Of a stretch of DNA of 64,000 nucleotides, positions 61,395 to 64,000 are shown in pieces. Every line of letters starts with the position of its first letter. The stretch's first letter is position 1. Made by a program: the position numbers and the translations under genes. The notes below the pieces were generated by a model. That model saw only the letters and a program-made list of their open reading frames with translations. It had not been told where the DNA came from and did not search any database. Source of the stretch: Octopus vulgaris (taxonomy: Eukaryota); contig OX597821.1 in NCBI GenBank assembly GCA_951406725.2, positions 49,290,001 to 49,354,000 of the forward strand, read 5' to 3'.

Positions 61395-62890
61395 TATGTT
61401 TGACTTTTGCTTTGCATTTGTACAAGTTGGCACCAAGTCTCACCCAGAGACCTCAAAAGACAACAAGTTAGAAGTTCATGTTGGTGTTATGCCTAGGGTG
61501 CCATATATTTGGTTTTGTACATAGTGATGTTCTAGAGAATGTTTAAGAAACCATAAGAAAATTATGTGTTTGTTTTAAAATTTGAGATTACATAGACAGT
61601 ATTTTACGTAGGATATGGGCAGTTCCCATGAGCACTATCTTTTGAATTTCTGTCATTTTGGGGTTTCCTGGTATCTGAGCTAGGTAGCAGTCAGCCCCTT
61701 TTGCTATCATTCTTAGGGCACCTATGACAACGGTATCATTCTAGTCATCAGGTTCCACATTTTGCTTATTTCTATTTCAAGATCCTTATACTTGCTCAGT
61801 TTTTGGTAGGTCTTGACAGATACATTTATAATGATTGAGACAGTCATATCAATGAGGAGGCATGATTTTCGTCTGAAGTCTTTCAATATAATGTCTGGCC
61901 TATTTGCATCTATCTTTCTGTCAGTTTGAATGGTGAAGTTCCAGAGGAGTGAGATGTGATCATTTTCAAGCACTGGTAGGTGGTTTGTGTTCCCACCAGT
62001 TTTTATTATGGGGGAGGTCCAGGTTTTTGGAAATTACCCAGTGAATATATTGTGCAGCTCTGTCATGCCTGTTGAGATACTCTGTAGGCACAAGAAAACT
62101 GCACATGGAGACAACATGATCAATGGTCTCATTTTGTTGTTGACATACATGACATACTGGGGAGCTGCCGTTCTTTAATATGTTGGCCTGATAGTTCCTT
62201 GTAGGTAGGCATTAATCTTGGGCTGCTATGATAAACCCTTCTGTTTCTGATTTTAAGCCAGAAGCCATTAACCATTAATGGGTAAGGGCTTTGTCAACAT
62301 TGGCGTTATTCGCTCTCTTTGGATATTTTCCATTGAGAGGTTTTTCTTGCCATTTAACATCCAGTCCTCAGAGTTTTTCAGGTAGGTGCCTAGGCCAATT
62401 ATGGCAACCTTCATTGTTAATGCCAGTTGTAAGAATCCACGGCCTCCCTCTTTTCTTGGCAGATAAAGTCGTTCTATATCTGCCTTAGGGTGGTGCATTC
62501 TATGCATTGTCATCAGCTTTCGTATTTTTCTGTCAAGATTACATATTTTAGTAATCGACCAGTTAATGATATTGAAACTGTAAGTCACGACTGGCATGGC
62601 TAAAGCATTGATTGCTTCAATCCTGTTTCTTGCATTTAGCTCTGTCTTCAGTATTGCTCTCACCCTGCGATAACATTCTCTTCTGATCCTTTCCCTCATC
62701 ACTGCATGTTTGATTCTGTCCCCTTCAATTACCCCTAGGTATTTGTAGCTTTCCGCTGGTTCTAACTCTTTTATGAGATTCTGCTGGTCAAGGTTAACGT
62801 TAGATGTTTCTGTCATTTTTCCTTTGATAATGGTAGCTTTTGCACATTTATCAAGGCCAAATTGCATTCTGATGCCATCACTGAATTGTT
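61395..62890 (-). mobile_element. R4/Dong-like LINE (RT C-terminus, zinc knuckle, RLE domain); related pieces at 49735-50210 and 63050-63620
   Basis: MQFGLDKCA, YKYLG, RLYLPRKEGGRG, WNFTIQTDRKIDANRPDIIL...KYKDLEIE; terminus abuts (ATT)n. Confidence 0.92.
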
Positions 62891-64000
62891 TATTGTTGTT
62901 GTTTTCACCGCCAACAACAACAACGACAAGATTGTTTACATGCTGGACAAAATACCAAATAACATTTCTTCTGGCATTATGTTCAAATGTTACCAAGGTT
63001 CTATTATCTGTATTATCTTTAACATCCTCTGTATTTCTCATCTCAAGAAAATCTTCTATTCTCTTCTCAGCTCTTTGGTTAAACTCCTCCTTGCCCATCA
63101 TTTCCTATCCACATTGCATCCCTTTTATGCACCACATTGTTCCCCTATAATCCGCTCCAGAATTCCTTTGCTTGATTTGCATCAGGAGAAACATTTTCCC
63201 CTTTGTCTCCTTCTAACGTTTGGAAGAATTGCTTCGGGTTATTTTTGAACAATCTGTTGTTCTCCTCAATCTGCTTCTTTCTTTTGAAAAATCTTCTGAT
63301 CTTCTTGCTTTTTGCCATTATTCTCTGTTTTAACAGCTCTATTACTGCATCAAACCCGTTCTTCCCTATTTTATATTTCTTTTCTAATTTTTCTCAGTCA
63401 GTCTTTTTTCCATTTTTCCAGTTTCCTCCTAACCATTGCTCAGTTTTTCCTAGATCTTGCCTTGCCCACACTATGTCCCTTTCAATGCATCATTTCCACC
63501 ATGGTTCTTTTGCTCCATTAGTTTTTGTTCTCTTAAATTGTAATTTCTCCTCAACAAGTAGCTCAGTTTGTGTTATGTCCTCTGTCTGGTTGTATGGTAT
63601 AACTATTTATCTTTTGTGTTACTTTATTTATCATACTCCTATCTACCCTTCTCATTCATATTCATGGAGAATCGTTAGCGCTTGCTGGGCAACATCCACT
63701 TACCAAGTGGGTTACATTTTTCACATTCTTTCCACAGAGTCTAGACTTTGCTTTCATTCTTTCAAGGTTGATAAATTAAATGCTAGTGAAGCACTGGGAT
63801 CACTGTAATCGACTAGTACCCTCCCACCAAATTTCAGGCTATGTGCCTTTAGTAGAAAGGATCATTATTATTATTCCTTCATTTGCACAGTGATGATCTT
63901 TTTCACACTGGATCATTTGACTCCATATCAAGTTATATAACCTCATATAAACAGTACTTTCCACAACATATTTACTGTTGTAACGCTGATTGTGTTGATG

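Noticed and set aside
62268-63101. 277-aa ORF as an intact protein
   Set aside because: Chimeric read-through across LINE RT sequence, a TTG microsatellite, a SINE piece and another fragment.

Overview
Very AT-rich, CpG-depleted eukaryotic (animal) genomic DNA, dominated by microsatellites and transposons. The repeat families look like octopus/coleoid cephalopod SINEs and LINEs (inference from recalled family motifs). Nearly all ORFs in the supplied track are microsatellite or decayed-transposon artefacts. A single host gene crosses the window on the + strand: a TRAF7-like RING E3 ligase seen as small phase-compatible exons (4229-4298, 26465-26538, 37157-37226, 38453-38541, possibly 47622-47648, and the RING exon 54112-54204). 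Its introns contain a nested stack at 7.6-17.6 kb: a 5'-truncated Penelope-like (Naiad-type) element holding a composite Helitron, a 4.3-kb Ty3/Gypsy element with 116-bp LTRs and a doubled primer-binding site, and a CR1/L2-like fragment. Also present are RTE, R4/Dong and Tx1/L1 LINE remnants, two mariner remnants, MITEs and many SINEs. Most interesting signals: (i) several minimal hammerhead ribozyme motifs, including a family whose core carries a compensatory G3:C8 swap and one fused behind a tRNA-like Pol III head; (ii) an in-frame TGA at a conserved Cys position (CxxU?) of the Penelope GIY-YIG remnant; (iii) the duplicated LTR-end/PBS cassette; (iv) an apparently duplicated two-exon module in the TRAF7 N-terminus. 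Boundaries of degraded repeats are approximate and no database search was possible.
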